A DNA stretch of 64,000 nucleotides from Thermodesulfobacteriota bacterium (GCA_963422265.1 OY729416.1:1568001-1632000); one strand, 5' to 3'. Counted from the stretch's first letter, positions 1 through 10,084 are shown. Numbers and translations are program-made. Notes: generated by a model not told the origin, from the sequence alone.

Positions 1-261
1 TCTATCCATTTTACGACGCCAAAACTCATGCCATTCTGGTGATATGCTTTTTCTAGGCACGCCCGTATAAAAATGAATAGAAACTGGAATGCCCCATCCT
101 TGTTTTTCAGATATGGAGTGAGCTAGCTTCTGAATATCGTAGTTGGGGTATCGGTAGTTGAAAGCTTCTTTGATACTGTGAAAGAAGTTTTGATCATCAA
201 CGAAAAAAGAATCCCTTTCCCTGCTCGGAGGCAGGGACATGTTACTTTGAGGTTCGATCAT
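1..261 (-). CDS. NYN/LabA-DUF88 (PIN-like) domain putative ribonuclease; 5' part only, runs off the window edge
   Basis: Not in the ORF track. Manual translation from ATG 261 (SD GGGAGG at 274-269) is open to position 1: MIEPQSNMSLPPSRERDSFFVDDQNFFHSIKEAFNYRYPNYDIQKLAHSISEKQGWGIPVSIHFYTGVPRKSISPEWHEFWRRKMDR. The FVDxQN...YD...L...FYTG pattern is typical of NYN-domain N-termini. Confidence 0.75.
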   Translation of the reverse strand, partial: MIEPQSNMSLPPSRERDSFFVDDQNFFHSIKEAFNYRYPNYDIQKLAHSISEKQGWGIPVSIHFYTGVPRKSISPEWHEFWRRKMDR

Positions 262-281
262 GACTGAACCTCCCAAGGGGC

Positions 282-329
282 AAAAAATAACCCCGACGGG
301 CCCTTCCAAAAAGGAAGAACGCGGCGGGG
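282..329 (-). terminator. Intrinsic terminator-like hairpin (second repeat) just before the NYN RBS
   Basis: GC-rich hairpin 329-291 followed by TTATTTTTT (290-282). Confidence 0.55.
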
Positions 330-443
330 ATGCAGATGTCTAACCGAAAACTCCTTAGAGCAAATAGTAATTGTCCGAGGAGGTATATTTGGCTTAGATG
401 ATAACCCCAACGGGCTCTTACAAAAGGAAGAACGCGGCGGGGA
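287..443 (-). repeat. Two imperfect ~43-44 bp direct repeats (287-330 and 401-443), each self-complementary
   Basis: Minus strand: TCCCCGCCGCGTTCTTCCTTTTGTAAGAGCCCGTTGGGGTTAT vs TCCCCGCCGCGTTCTTCCTTTTTGGAAGGGCCCGTCGGGGTTAT; 3 substitutions and 1 indel. Confidence 0.95.
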
Positions 444-458
444 GCAAATGTTGCTATG

Positions 459-488
459 ACTGTATATGATTTTATAAGTGCTTGTCAA
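459..488 (-). promoter_or_regulatory. Putative sigma70 promoter for the repeat RNA/NYN unit
   Basis: TTGACA (488-483), 18 nt, TACAGT (464-459), just downstream of the hsdM stop. Confidence 0.5.
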
Positions 489-510
489 ATAGTTTTTTTG
501 TAACATAGTT

Positions 511-2067
511 TCATTTCTCACTCCCCATTTTCCTGAAAATACTTTCAATCTCACCATCAATTGTTTTAGACTCCTTCTCAAGTTCTTTTAGCTCTTTCCA
601 TATCTCCGGTATAGGTCTAAGGATTTCTTTTTCCGTCGTGTCAACGTAGCGCGACGGTGAAAGGTTGTAGTCGTTTTTCGCTGCCTCACCCGTAGTTATA
701 ACCTTTGAGAAACGCTCAATATTCTCTCCCTTGGCAAAGGCATCTGCTATCTTCTTTATGCCTTCATCGGTCAGGTAATTTTTAGGTCTGCCCTTCTTAA
801 ACTCTCCACTTGCATTTATAAACGTTATCCTGCCCTTTTGCTCCTTAGGCTTATTTCTGCTTAACAGTATGATTATTCCCGCTGCGGTTGTGTTGTAGAA
901 AAGGTTTTCAGGAAGAAGGATTACGCCGTCTATAAGGTCGTTTTCCACAAACCACTTGCGAATTCTCTTTTCTTTGTCCTCACCTGCCGCCCCGCTTCCG
1001 CGAGTTACAGCTCCGGTATCTATGACGACCGCAGCCCTTCCTTTAGGGTTAAGCGTCTTCGCCGTGTGCTGAAGCCATGCCCAGTCTGCCTTTCCAGTTG
1101 TTATGCCCCCCTGTGATTCAAATCTATCAAACGGGTCGTCCTCGTATGTAGAGACATTGAAGGGCTGGTTCCACATCGGATTGGCTACTACTATGTCAAA
1201 CTGCTTTAGACTACCGTCTTCGTTACGGAATTTTGGATTAGTCATTGAGTTTCCGCGTGAGATTTTGGATTCCATATCGTGAATAATTGTATTCATAAGT
1301 GCCATGGCGTAGTTGTCGCTCCCAAGCTCCTGCCCGAACAGCTTGAGGGGCTTTCCCTTTTTGGCATCAGGGTCGCGCTCTAGCAGGGCAAGCTCGCATT
1401 TGACAAGCAGGCCAGCTGATCCGCAGGCGTAGTCATGGACGGTTTCCCCCTGACGGGGTTTCATCATCCTCGCCATAAGCCAGCCCACTTCGGTAGGCGT
1501 AAAGAACTCCCCGGCGCTTTGGCCAGAGTCCTCGGCGAATTTTCTCAGTAGGTATTCATAGCAGCGTCCTAGAAAGTCCGGCTCAACGTTAAAAAGCCCA
1601 AGTCGGTATCGCGGGTCAGAAAGCGTCTCAATCACGACTTTAAGGGCAGAGTCGCTTACCTCACGCTCCCCGCCTTTTGTTTCGTTGTAATCAACAAGGT
1701 TTATCACCCCCTCTAGAGAGGGGTTTTCTCTTGCAACTGTCCGCATCGCGGTAGTTATTTGTTCTCCGAGGTTATTCGTGTTCGGGCCTTTACCCTGTGG
1801 CGAGTCAAGCTGCTCGCGTCCGCTAAGAACTGCCCAGTGGGTTTCAGGCGGTAGATAAAAGCGCGTCATTTCTCTATCTTCACTGGCGATTCTCAGTGCT
1901 TTTTCCACTCCTCCTTGCGACTCGGCAAGCCGTGAAATTTCATCTTCAAACACGTTGGAAAGACGCTTTAAGAAGATAAGAGGAAGAAGGTAGTCTTTGA
2001 ATTTAGGGGCATCCTTTTCACCTCTGATTGAGCAGGCGGCTTTCCACAGCATTTGTTCCATCATCAT
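511..2067 (-). CDS. hsdM: Type I restriction-modification methyltransferase subunit M
   Basis: HsdM N-terminal LW..A..IRG...FKDYLLPLIFLKRL; GEFFTP; DYACGSAGLL (motif I); NPMW at motif IV; YNLSPSRYV near the C-terminus. Confidence 0.93.
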   Translation of the reverse strand: MMMEQMLWKAACSIRGEKDAPKFKDYLLPLIFLKRLSNVFEDEISRLAESQGGVEKALRIASEDREMTRFYLPPETHWAVLSGREQLDSPQGKGPNTNNLGEQITTAMRTVARENPSLEGVINLVDYNETKGGEREVSDSALKVVIETLSDPRYRLGLFNVEPDFLGRCYEYLLRKFAEDSGQSAGEFFTPTEVGWLMARMMKPRQGETVHDYACGSAGLLVKCELALLERDPDAKKGKPLKLFGQELGSDNYAMALMNTIIHDMESKISRGNSMTNPKFRNEDGSLKQFDIVVANPMWNQPFNVSTYEDDPFDRFESQGGITTGKADWAWLQHTAKTLNPKGRAAVVIDTGAVTRGSGAAGEDKEKRIRKWFVENDLIDGVILLPENLFYNTTAAGIIILLSRNKPKEQKGRITFINASGEFKKGRPKNYLTDEGIKKIADAFAKGENIERFSKVITTGEAAKNDYNLSPSRYVDTTEKEILRPIPEIWKELKELEKESKTIDGEIESIFRKMGSEK

Positions 2068-2276
2068 GGATGCGGGTCCGATTTTGTCCCTTCGGTTTCC
2101 TCTGCCATTGCCATTATTGCTCTTGCGTGTTTAGCGCGGGGCGTCCGACGTCCATTTTCCCAACCGTTCAAGGTAGAAAAAGAAACCCCAAGTCTTGAAG
2201 CCATCTCTTCCTGAGACAGATTGAGTTTTTCCCTAATGCTTACTATGATAATGGTAAAGTCTTCTTTATCAGCCAA
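2064..2276 (-). CDS. XRE-family helix-turn-helix regulator, stop overlaps hsdM start
   Basis: IREKLNLSQEEMASRLGVSFSTLNGWENGRRTP; SD AGAGGAG before TTG; ATGA overlap. Confidence 0.85.
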   Translation of the reverse strand: MADKEDFTIIIVSIREKLNLSQEEMASRLGVSFSTLNGWENGRRTPRAKHARAIMAMAEETEGTKSDPHP

Positions 2277-2316
2277 AGCACACTCCTCTTGCTTACTATA
2301 ATTGCTATAGAATATA

Positions 2317-3759
2317 TTACATTTGATTTGTCAAGTCTGACGCAGGTTGCAACAAGGCTTCCCTAAATTTCTTACCTGTCAAAGATCTTCCTGCATCATA
2401 GCAGGCGATGCTTATGGGACTGAAGAGGACCGTTCCACTATCATATCTCCGGTAGCTACGTTTGGTAAGTGTAAAGCAGACGCAACCTGGTGAATAAGGT
2501 GCATTTCCGAGCTTCTGCTCCGTGGCAAAATCAAGTAGCCCCTTAATCTCAGACAAGTTTTCAAAGGGTCTGTCAGACCATTTAATTTCAATTGCTAGCT
2601 TTGCTTGTGTTCCCGTTTCATCCATAATTACTAAGTCAACCTCTCCGTTTCTCCAGCGAGCGTAACACAATCTTTCAAACTGCTTTGTAAGGTGAAATAG
2701 GTGGCTGAAGACGGCGGTTTCCGCGAGTTTTCCCAAAACGGTTTTGTTATCCTCACTCACCGGTCCAAACAGCGCTGCATACATTGAGGGGTTTGTAAGA
2801 TAGACTTTGAATTTATGCTCTCGTTTGAACCTTCTAGCGCTCTTGTCTATTCGGTTGAGGCGTTTTATCAGGAAGGCGGCTTCAAGATATTCTAGATACC
2901 TATATAGTGTACCCTTAGCTACATTTGATCCTTGAGAGAGTCCAGGAAGATCAATCTCCTGTCCCGTGTTGTGAGCGAGCGTCATAAATAGCCGATTGAG
3001 TTCTGGAATATCGCTGATTCCATAAAGGCTTGGCAGGTCGCGCAGAAGCACCTTGTCTATGATGTCGTTTCTGATAAAGCGGCTTGGATCCTTTCTAATC
3101 TCTTCTGAGAATACGGCTTCTGGATAACCTCCAAAGTTTATGTAGTTCACAAACTCTTTGTTGACTTCTTCAATCTCCGTTTTCACGGTGATGCTTACTT
3201 CTCTGAATTTCATGTATTCATAAAACGTCAAAGGGCGCAGGGTAAAGTCGGTGAATCTTCCTGCGCCGGACTCATCACTTTTCAGTTTTAGAGCGGCAGC
3301 CGCCGAACCTGTGGCTATGAAGCGGTGCTGTGGGTAGGAGTCAACCAATGATTTCAAGTGTTTCTCCCAGTCTTTCAGGTATTGGATTTCATCAAAAAAG
3401 AGATAGGCGGACCCATTGTGGGGAATTGTATTCAATTCGATGAACGTCAGAAGTATATTTTCAAGCGACAGTCCAGCATACAGCGGGTTGTCTAGAGGGA
3501 CGTAAAGAACGTTTTTCGGGTCAATTCCTTCCTTTATAAGTTGGGCTATTGCCTGATGAACCATAACGGTCTTGCCCACCCTGCGGGGTCCCATCAAGAC
3601 AACCGCACGGTTAATCTCCGTTTTAGCTATTAGTTCGTAAAATGGGGAGAGATAGCCTCGTTTCGGTTTATCTTTCCACCTAACGTCATTGCTGTCTTTC
3701 CACCAGGGACTGTCCATGCGAAGGCGCTGGAGGATTTCTTCTTTTGAAACACTTAACAT
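2317..3759 (-). CDS. AAA_14/DUF4143-type ATPase with C-terminal PD-(D/E)xK-like domain
   Basis: Walker A GPRRVGKT, Walker B LFFDEIQ, TGS, GGYPE, C-terminal EVDLV...IEIKW. ATG 3759 preferred over TTG 3795. Confidence 0.85.
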   Translation of the reverse strand: MLSVSKEEILQRLRMDSPWWKDSNDVRWKDKPKRGYLSPFYELIAKTEINRAVVLMGPRRVGKTVMVHQAIAQLIKEGIDPKNVLYVPLDNPLYAGLSLENILLTFIELNTIPHNGSAYLFFDEIQYLKDWEKHLKSLVDSYPQHRFIATGSAAAALKLKSDESGAGRFTDFTLRPLTFYEYMKFREVSITVKTEIEEVNKEFVNYINFGGYPEAVFSEEIRKDPSRFIRNDIIDKVLLRDLPSLYGISDIPELNRLFMTLAHNTGQEIDLPGLSQGSNVAKGTLYRYLEYLEAAFLIKRLNRIDKSARRFKREHKFKVYLTNPSMYAALFGPVSEDNKTVLGKLAETAVFSHLFHLTKQFERLCYARWRNGEVDLVIMDETGTQAKLAIEIKWSDRPFENLSEIKGLLDFATEQKLGNAPYSPGCVCFTLTKRSYRRYDSGTVLFSPISIACYDAGRSLTGKKFREALLQPASDLTNQM

Positions 3760-3787
3760 AAAGTTCAATCTTACTAAAAAGAAGTTG

Positions 3788-3827
3788 ATTGTCAAATAAG
3801 ACTAATTGATTAGTCTTATTTGACAAT
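3788..3827. repeat. Perfect 19-bp inverted repeat with 2-nt spacer, carrying outward-facing TTGACA hexamers
   Basis: ATTGTCAAATAAGACTAAT-TG-ATTAGTCTTATTTGACAAT. Confidence 0.9.
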
Positions 3828-4043
3828 AAGGCAAATAGTTTAATGAAAACGGTAAGTTAGAAGTGTCAAATAGTCATGCTCCGAGTCTCATCGGGGAAGC
3901 ATCAGAGAGAAAGTCCAATAATCATAATCAATTGTTCTTAATTTAACATTATCCTGAATTAGTTAATAAAACTAGTAGGTTAGCATATGCAAATAAGCGC
4001 ACGGCGTTGGTAGATTTCCAATTATGATGGTAATTTACTTTCT

Positions 4044-5045
4044 ATGAAAAAGACTATTCAAGATTGGGTTCACGTTCCCGGTATTCATTGTGGTTCCGTG
4101 ACGTTGCGCGACGTTATGACCTATTATGGCTACAACTGGTCTGAGCCTATGTGCTTTGGTATCGGTGGCGGGCTTGGCTTCTATTATACGAATAGGGATG
4201 ACATCAGTCCGACGCGCATGATATTCGTAAGGGGACCTAATATGGAAACCTCTTTTTTCGATAACCTGGGAATACCAACCGAATGGAAGCATGCTGATCA
4301 GAACGTCATAGATATTATTAGGGCATGTATAGACAGGGACATCCCCGTCATCATACAAACGGATATTTACTATCTAGCGTATTATAATTCTCTTACGCAC
4401 TTTCCGGGACACGTTGTATCCGTATGGGGCTATGATGATGAGAAAGAGACCGTGCTCTTAGCTGACACGCAGTTCGCTGGATTGAAGGCAGTCGATTATA
4501 CGAGTTTGAAGAGCAGTATGGCGTCTAAAGATCCTTCCAACCCTTTGGATAATAACTTCATTGAGGTGAAAGTAGGAACTCATCCGATAGGACAGCTATC
4601 AGAAATCATTCCACAAGCCATCAGACGTAACGCTCGTAGAATGATTGAGGGTGCGGTAGGAAAGAGGGGTGAGTCAGGCGTAAGGATGATTAAGGTCATG
4701 TCTGAGGACATAACTAGCTGGATAGATCTGCCCGATTGGAAATGGTCGGCAAGATTCGGCTATCAGGTTATAAAAAAGAGAGGGGTTGGCGGGGCTGGAT
4801 TCAGATGGATATACAGAGACTTTCTCAGGGAAGCAGAGAACATAGTTCCCTTGTTAAAGCAATTGAGGCTCTCAGAAAAGATGGACGCCATAGGGAGTAA
4901 ATGGAGTAGCTTAGCTCTGCTTCTCAAGAGAATTAGCGAAGGGGACGCCCCCGATGGTAGTCTTCTGTGCAAAGCCTCTAAGGATGCATACGAGCTGTGG
5001 GAGCTTGAGAGTGAATTTTACGCAACCGTGATTGAGAAGGTGTAG
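4044..5045 (+). CDS. BtrH N-terminal domain / DUF4872-like protein (putative Cys peptidase fold)
   Basis: HxxGxHC...SEPMCFGIGGGLGF, DIYYLAYY..HFPGHVV.V.GYD, GGAGFRWIY.DFL.EA. Confidence 0.7.
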   Translation: MKKTIQDWVHVPGIHCGSVTLRDVMTYYGYNWSEPMCFGIGGGLGFYYTNRDDISPTRMIFVRGPNMETSFFDNLGIPTEWKHADQNVIDIIRACIDRDIPVIIQTDIYYLAYYNSLTHFPGHVVSVWGYDDEKETVLLADTQFAGLKAVDYTSLKSSMASKDPSNPLDNNFIEVKVGTHPIGQLSEIIPQAIRRNARRMIEGAVGKRGESGVRMIKVMSEDITSWIDLPDWKWSARFGYQVIKKRGVGGAGFRWIYRDFLREAENIVPLLKQLRLSEKMDAIGSKWSSLALLLKRISEGDAPDGSLLCKASKDAYELWELESEFYATVIEKV

Positions 5046-5125
5046 GCGGGGAAATTGGGAGCACCTGCACTTCGACAAGTTTAGGATGTAGTTTCAGTAG
5101 TAGGCTATTAATAACTGAAGAGATG

Positions 5126-5164
5126 AAAAAAAGCGGGTAATTCTCCGAGAGAAAACCCGCTTTC
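5126..5164. terminator. Probable bidirectional terminator between convergent genes
   Basis: AAAGCGGGT..TTCTC-CGA-GAGAA.ACCCGCTTT with a flanking A run. Confidence 0.75.
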
Positions 5165-5203
5165 TAATTGCCTTAGTTTTTACGTTTGTGTTTTATCTGA
5201 AGG

Positions 5204-6883
<1,680 letters not shown>

Positions 6884-6926
6884 CTAAATGTCTTTTGCTT
6901 GATGTATCCCCATCCCCACTAACCCC

Positions 6927-7214
6927 CTACTCAATTACCGCTAATATCTCCTCTTCCCTTATTATCAAATACTCCTCCCCCTCTATGCTTATCTCCGTCC
7001 CACCATACTTGCTAAACAAAATCCTGTCGCCCTCCTTAACGTCAAGAGCCCTTACTCCACCCTCAGACGTTATCGCTCCTTTCCCCACTGCTACTACTGC
7101 ACCCTCCTGCGGCTTCTCAGATGCCGTGTCAGGAACTATTATACCACCCTTCGTCTTCTCAGGCGCATCTATACGCTTTACCAATACCTTGTCCTGTAGA
7201 GGCCTTACCTTCAT
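6927..7214 (-). CDS. groS: Co-chaperonin GroES
   Basis: [26 protein letters not shown]. Confidence 0.99.
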   Translation of the reverse strand: MKVRPLQDKVLVKRIDAPEKTKGGIIVPDTASEKPQEGAVVAVGKGAITSEGGVRALDVKEGDRILFSKYGGTEISIEGEEYLIIREEEILAVIE

Positions 7215-7595
7215 TGCTAACTTCCTCCTTGAATATATAAATTTAGGTGAATTACTATTGGATTGTAGAGTGAGCTTTTCACTTCATGCTCTACTCAATA
7301 TACTAAAATAATCATAAACTAAGCTTTGTCAAGCATAGCTACTTTGCGCTATAATCATGAGTATTTGAAGAAGAAACTACCTGCAGGTTATATTATGTCC
7401 AGAGATGATCATTTAATCAACGATAAGCTAAGCAGGTCTAATTATGTTCCCAAGCGCTTGTTTATTAAAACGCTTGGAAGTGGATCCTATTGGAGGTTGC
7501 TTAATATCCCTAATGATGAAATAATTAAAAGGGAGGTATTAAGGTATTAAGGCCTTAACTCAGTTCACTTCTCCTAAGGAAAACGAATACCAACT

Positions 7596-8222
7596 TTGAC
7601 TGAAGTAATAAAGCCCAACGATCCGGAGTCTTGTAAATACGCGGCGTCAATCCTCAAGAGTGGAGGAGTAATTATATATCCAACCGAAACGCTCTACGGT
7701 ATAGGGGCGCTCGCTACTAATGAACGTAGTGTGAAGAGCATATTTGAGATAAAGGGACGTCCGTATGGAAAGCCTTTCCCATTGTTAGTCAAAGATAAAA
7801 ATATGCTCGCGGATACAGCGGAACTCAACCAAACAGCCTCTTTGCTTGTGGATGCCTTTTTACCCGGTGCACTCACGCTCATTCTTAAAGACAAAAGCAA
7901 CTTGCCTAAGTTAACTGCATCTGACGCGGGAAAGATAGCGGTCAGAATATCAAATCACTTGTTTGTAAGGGGCTTATTTGAACACATCTCAGACCCTATA
8001 GTCTCGACCAGCGCAAACGCGAGCGGTGGTGATAACTTGCTCGACTTTGAAGAAATCTATCGGTTGTTTAATGGTAAAGTTGACCTTATAGTAAATTCTG
8101 ATAAGATTTCGCCCTCTAAAGGTTCCACTATCGTTGACGTGACGGTGATTCCCCCGGTTATCATAAGAAAAGGGGACATAAGCAGAGAGAAAATAGAAAA
8201 AAAGATAAAGGGGTTCATTTGA
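7596..8222 (+). CDS. tsaC: L-threonylcarbamoyladenylate synthase (TsaC/Sua5)
   Basis: YPTETLYGIG, IKGRP, PGALT, STSAN. Confidence 0.92.
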   Translation: MTEVIKPNDPESCKYAASILKSGGVIIYPTETLYGIGALATNERSVKSIFEIKGRPYGKPFPLLVKDKNMLADTAELNQTASLLVDAFLPGALTLILKDKSNLPKLTASDAGKIAVRISNHLFVRGLFEHISDPIVSTSANASGGDNLLDFEEIYRLFNGKVDLIVNSDKISPSKGSTIVDVTVIPPVIIRKGDISREKIEKKIKGFI

Positions 8223-9451
8223 TGGCTACCGTAAGGGGCTTTAAGAGCGTTAGATACAATCCAGAAAAGATTGAAGATTTTGGTAACGTGCTCGCTCCGC
8301 CTTACGACGTAATTAATTCAAAAGAACAAGATGAGCTCTATGCAAAGGATCCCAATAACGTCATCCGTCTTATCCTTTCAAAAGGGGAAGGTGACGTGAA
8401 ATATGAAGGAGCGTCCGCAACTTTCCAGCATTGGCTAAGTGAGGGCATACTTTTGCAAGATAAGGAACCAAGCATATATCCCTATTACCAAGAATTTGAA
8501 TGGGAAGGCAAAAAGCTCACGAGAAGAGGATTCATAGCAGCGGTTAAGCTTGAGGACTTTTCCACAAAAGTAATACTCCCACACGAAAGGACATTTCAAG
8601 AGCATAAACGAGACAGGCTAAAACTCATCACTGCTTGCAATGCTAATATGAGCCCGATCTTCTGCGTATATTCCGATCCTGAAGGAGCAATCGAGCAGGC
8701 AATCTCCGAAAAAACTAAAGAAGCCCCAATTTTCAATGTTTCGATCCAAGATGGGGTAAGAAATAAGCTCTGGAAAATTTCTGATCCAGAAATTCTTTCA
8801 CTAATTAGCGCGCGCATGCCTGACAAAAGCCTTTTAATAGCTGATGGCCACCATAGATACGAGACGGCGCTTGAATATAGGGACATGCAGATGAAAAACA
8901 ACGGGGCAGGATCGTGTGAGAACAAGCCATACGAATACGTTATGACGTTTCTCTCGCGCGGCGAGGACGAAGGGCTGATTATTAATCCTACGCACAGAGC
9001 TGTTAAGTCTTTAGCCTCGCTAGACAGAGAGTCTTTTCTGGAGCATTTAGGTAAGGACTTTGAGCTAGCGAAACTGCCACTAAACGAAGGAATATCAAAT
9101 ATTGGATACGGACAATTTACTATTGTTACAAAAGATAGGGAATTTGCTTACAGGGCCTCCCTAAAGAATGCCACTCACGATTCATCAGATAATCTTGGGG
9201 TTACGCTGCTTCATAATAAGGTTCTAAGTGAAATAATTGAAGAGGAAGAAGCTGGAATTTTATATACCAAATCTATTAGCGAGGCGTTAGAACTTGTTCA
9301 GTACGGGAAATATGAACTTGGCTTTATCCTTCCAGAACTGAGGGCAAGCGATATCTTCAAAGTCGTTGCGTCAGGTAGAAGGATGCCTCACAAAACCACC
9401 TACTTCTATCCCAAAATACTTTCAGGTCTCGTCTTTAACCCACTATGGTAG
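8222..9451 (+). CDS. DUF1015 family protein
   Basis: APPYDVI, PHERT, IADGHHRYETA, MPHKTTYFYPK.LSGL. Confidence 0.88.
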   Translation: MATVRGFKSVRYNPEKIEDFGNVLAPPYDVINSKEQDELYAKDPNNVIRLILSKGEGDVKYEGASATFQHWLSEGILLQDKEPSIYPYYQEFEWEGKKLTRRGFIAAVKLEDFSTKVILPHERTFQEHKRDRLKLITACNANMSPIFCVYSDPEGAIEQAISEKTKEAPIFNVSIQDGVRNKLWKISDPEILSLISARMPDKSLLIADGHHRYETALEYRDMQMKNNGAGSCENKPYEYVMTFLSRGEDEGLIINPTHRAVKSLASLDRESFLEHLGKDFELAKLPLNEGISNIGYGQFTIVTKDREFAYRASLKNATHDSSDNLGVTLLHNKVLSEIIEEEEAGILYTKSISEALELVQYGKYELGFILPELRASDIFKVVASGRRMPHKTTYFYPKILSGLVFNPLW

Positions 9452-9458
9452 GGTGGTA

Positions 9459-10084
9459 TTATCCATTTGTTATACGCCGTATCTCGCTTGTCTTTCCTGG
9501 TCTCGGTACCCGATAGATAGACGGGGTATAATTTGTTATTATAGCTTCCACCATAGGATTACGGTTTTTTTCACTTGCACCAACGTGATAATGATGCTCA
9601 TAGGTTAAGATATTAAACTCACTCCAAAGTGATCTGACGTATTTGTTCTCTCTAAATTGTTATGATGCCAAGTAGATAGAATGAATTTCGTAGATAGAAT
9701 GAATTTCCCCGATACTTTTGATAGTCCCTGCCCGATACTTTTGATAGTCCCTGCCCGATACTTTTGATAGTCCCTGATAGAGAGCTTTCTCACTATCTCC
9801 ATCCCAACCGTTATAATAATCTACGTGCCTATCAATGTAAGGTGGGTTACAATAAATAATCTCCTTCAATTCACCTTCAGCTATTGTTTTTTAAACACCT
9901 GATACTTAAAAGTAAAGTCTTTAACCTTAAATAAGTAACTTACGTATGACACATGATTCACAATTTTAGTCACATACGCTTGCACAAACCTTCGTGGTTT
10001 GCGGCAAAAAGGCGTATTAAACTGCCCTTTGCCGTTAAACCTAATCATCCCGTTGAAACCAGCTCTGTTAAGAAATAAGAAATC
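9459..10084 (-). pseudogene. Decayed D12-class adenine methyltransferase (M.EcoRV-like), N-terminus lost
   Basis: Fragments in different frames: [62 protein letters not shown]. Confidence 0.8.
9672..9776 (+). repeat. Adjacent perfect tandem repeats: 18 bp x2 and 23 bp x3
   Basis: GTAGATAGAATGAATTTC x2 (9672-9707); CCCGATACTTTTGATAGTCCCTG x3 (9708-9776). Confidence 0.97.

Larger units (their letters stand above)
282..452 (-). ncRNA. Candidate structured RNA (hairpin repeat, spacer hairpin, hairpin repeat, U tract) upstream of the NYN gene
   Basis: Lies between a TTGACA promoter and a terminator-like U tract. Three consecutive stem-loops can be drawn, with G-U pairs that work only on the minus strand. 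Confidence 0.55.

Noticed and set aside
287-443. Repeat pair as a CRISPR array
   Set aside because: Only two repeats, ~70-nt self-folding spacer, and no cas genes in the window.
398-469. Plus-strand 23-aa mini-ORF (MITPTGSYKRK...CCYDCI) behind AGGAGGT
   Set aside because: SD-start spacing is 13 nt, and the G-U pairing pattern favours the minus strand.
258-581. 107-aa minus-strand ORF after hsdM, considered as hsdS or a protein antitoxin
   Set aside because: Overlaps hsdM, runs through the promoter and RNA repeats, and has no protein-like motifs. Its stop does overlap the NYN ATG, so a leader peptide from ATG 506 cannot be fully excluded.
7326-7550. 74-aa ORF between groES and tsaC
   Set aside because: TTG start coincides with the groES -35 region, no SD, no recognisable motif; at most a gene remnant.
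9708-9776. 23-bp x3 repeat as CRISPR or iterons
   Set aside because: Head-to-tail with no spacers; the unit is methylase coding sequence (QGLSKVSG).
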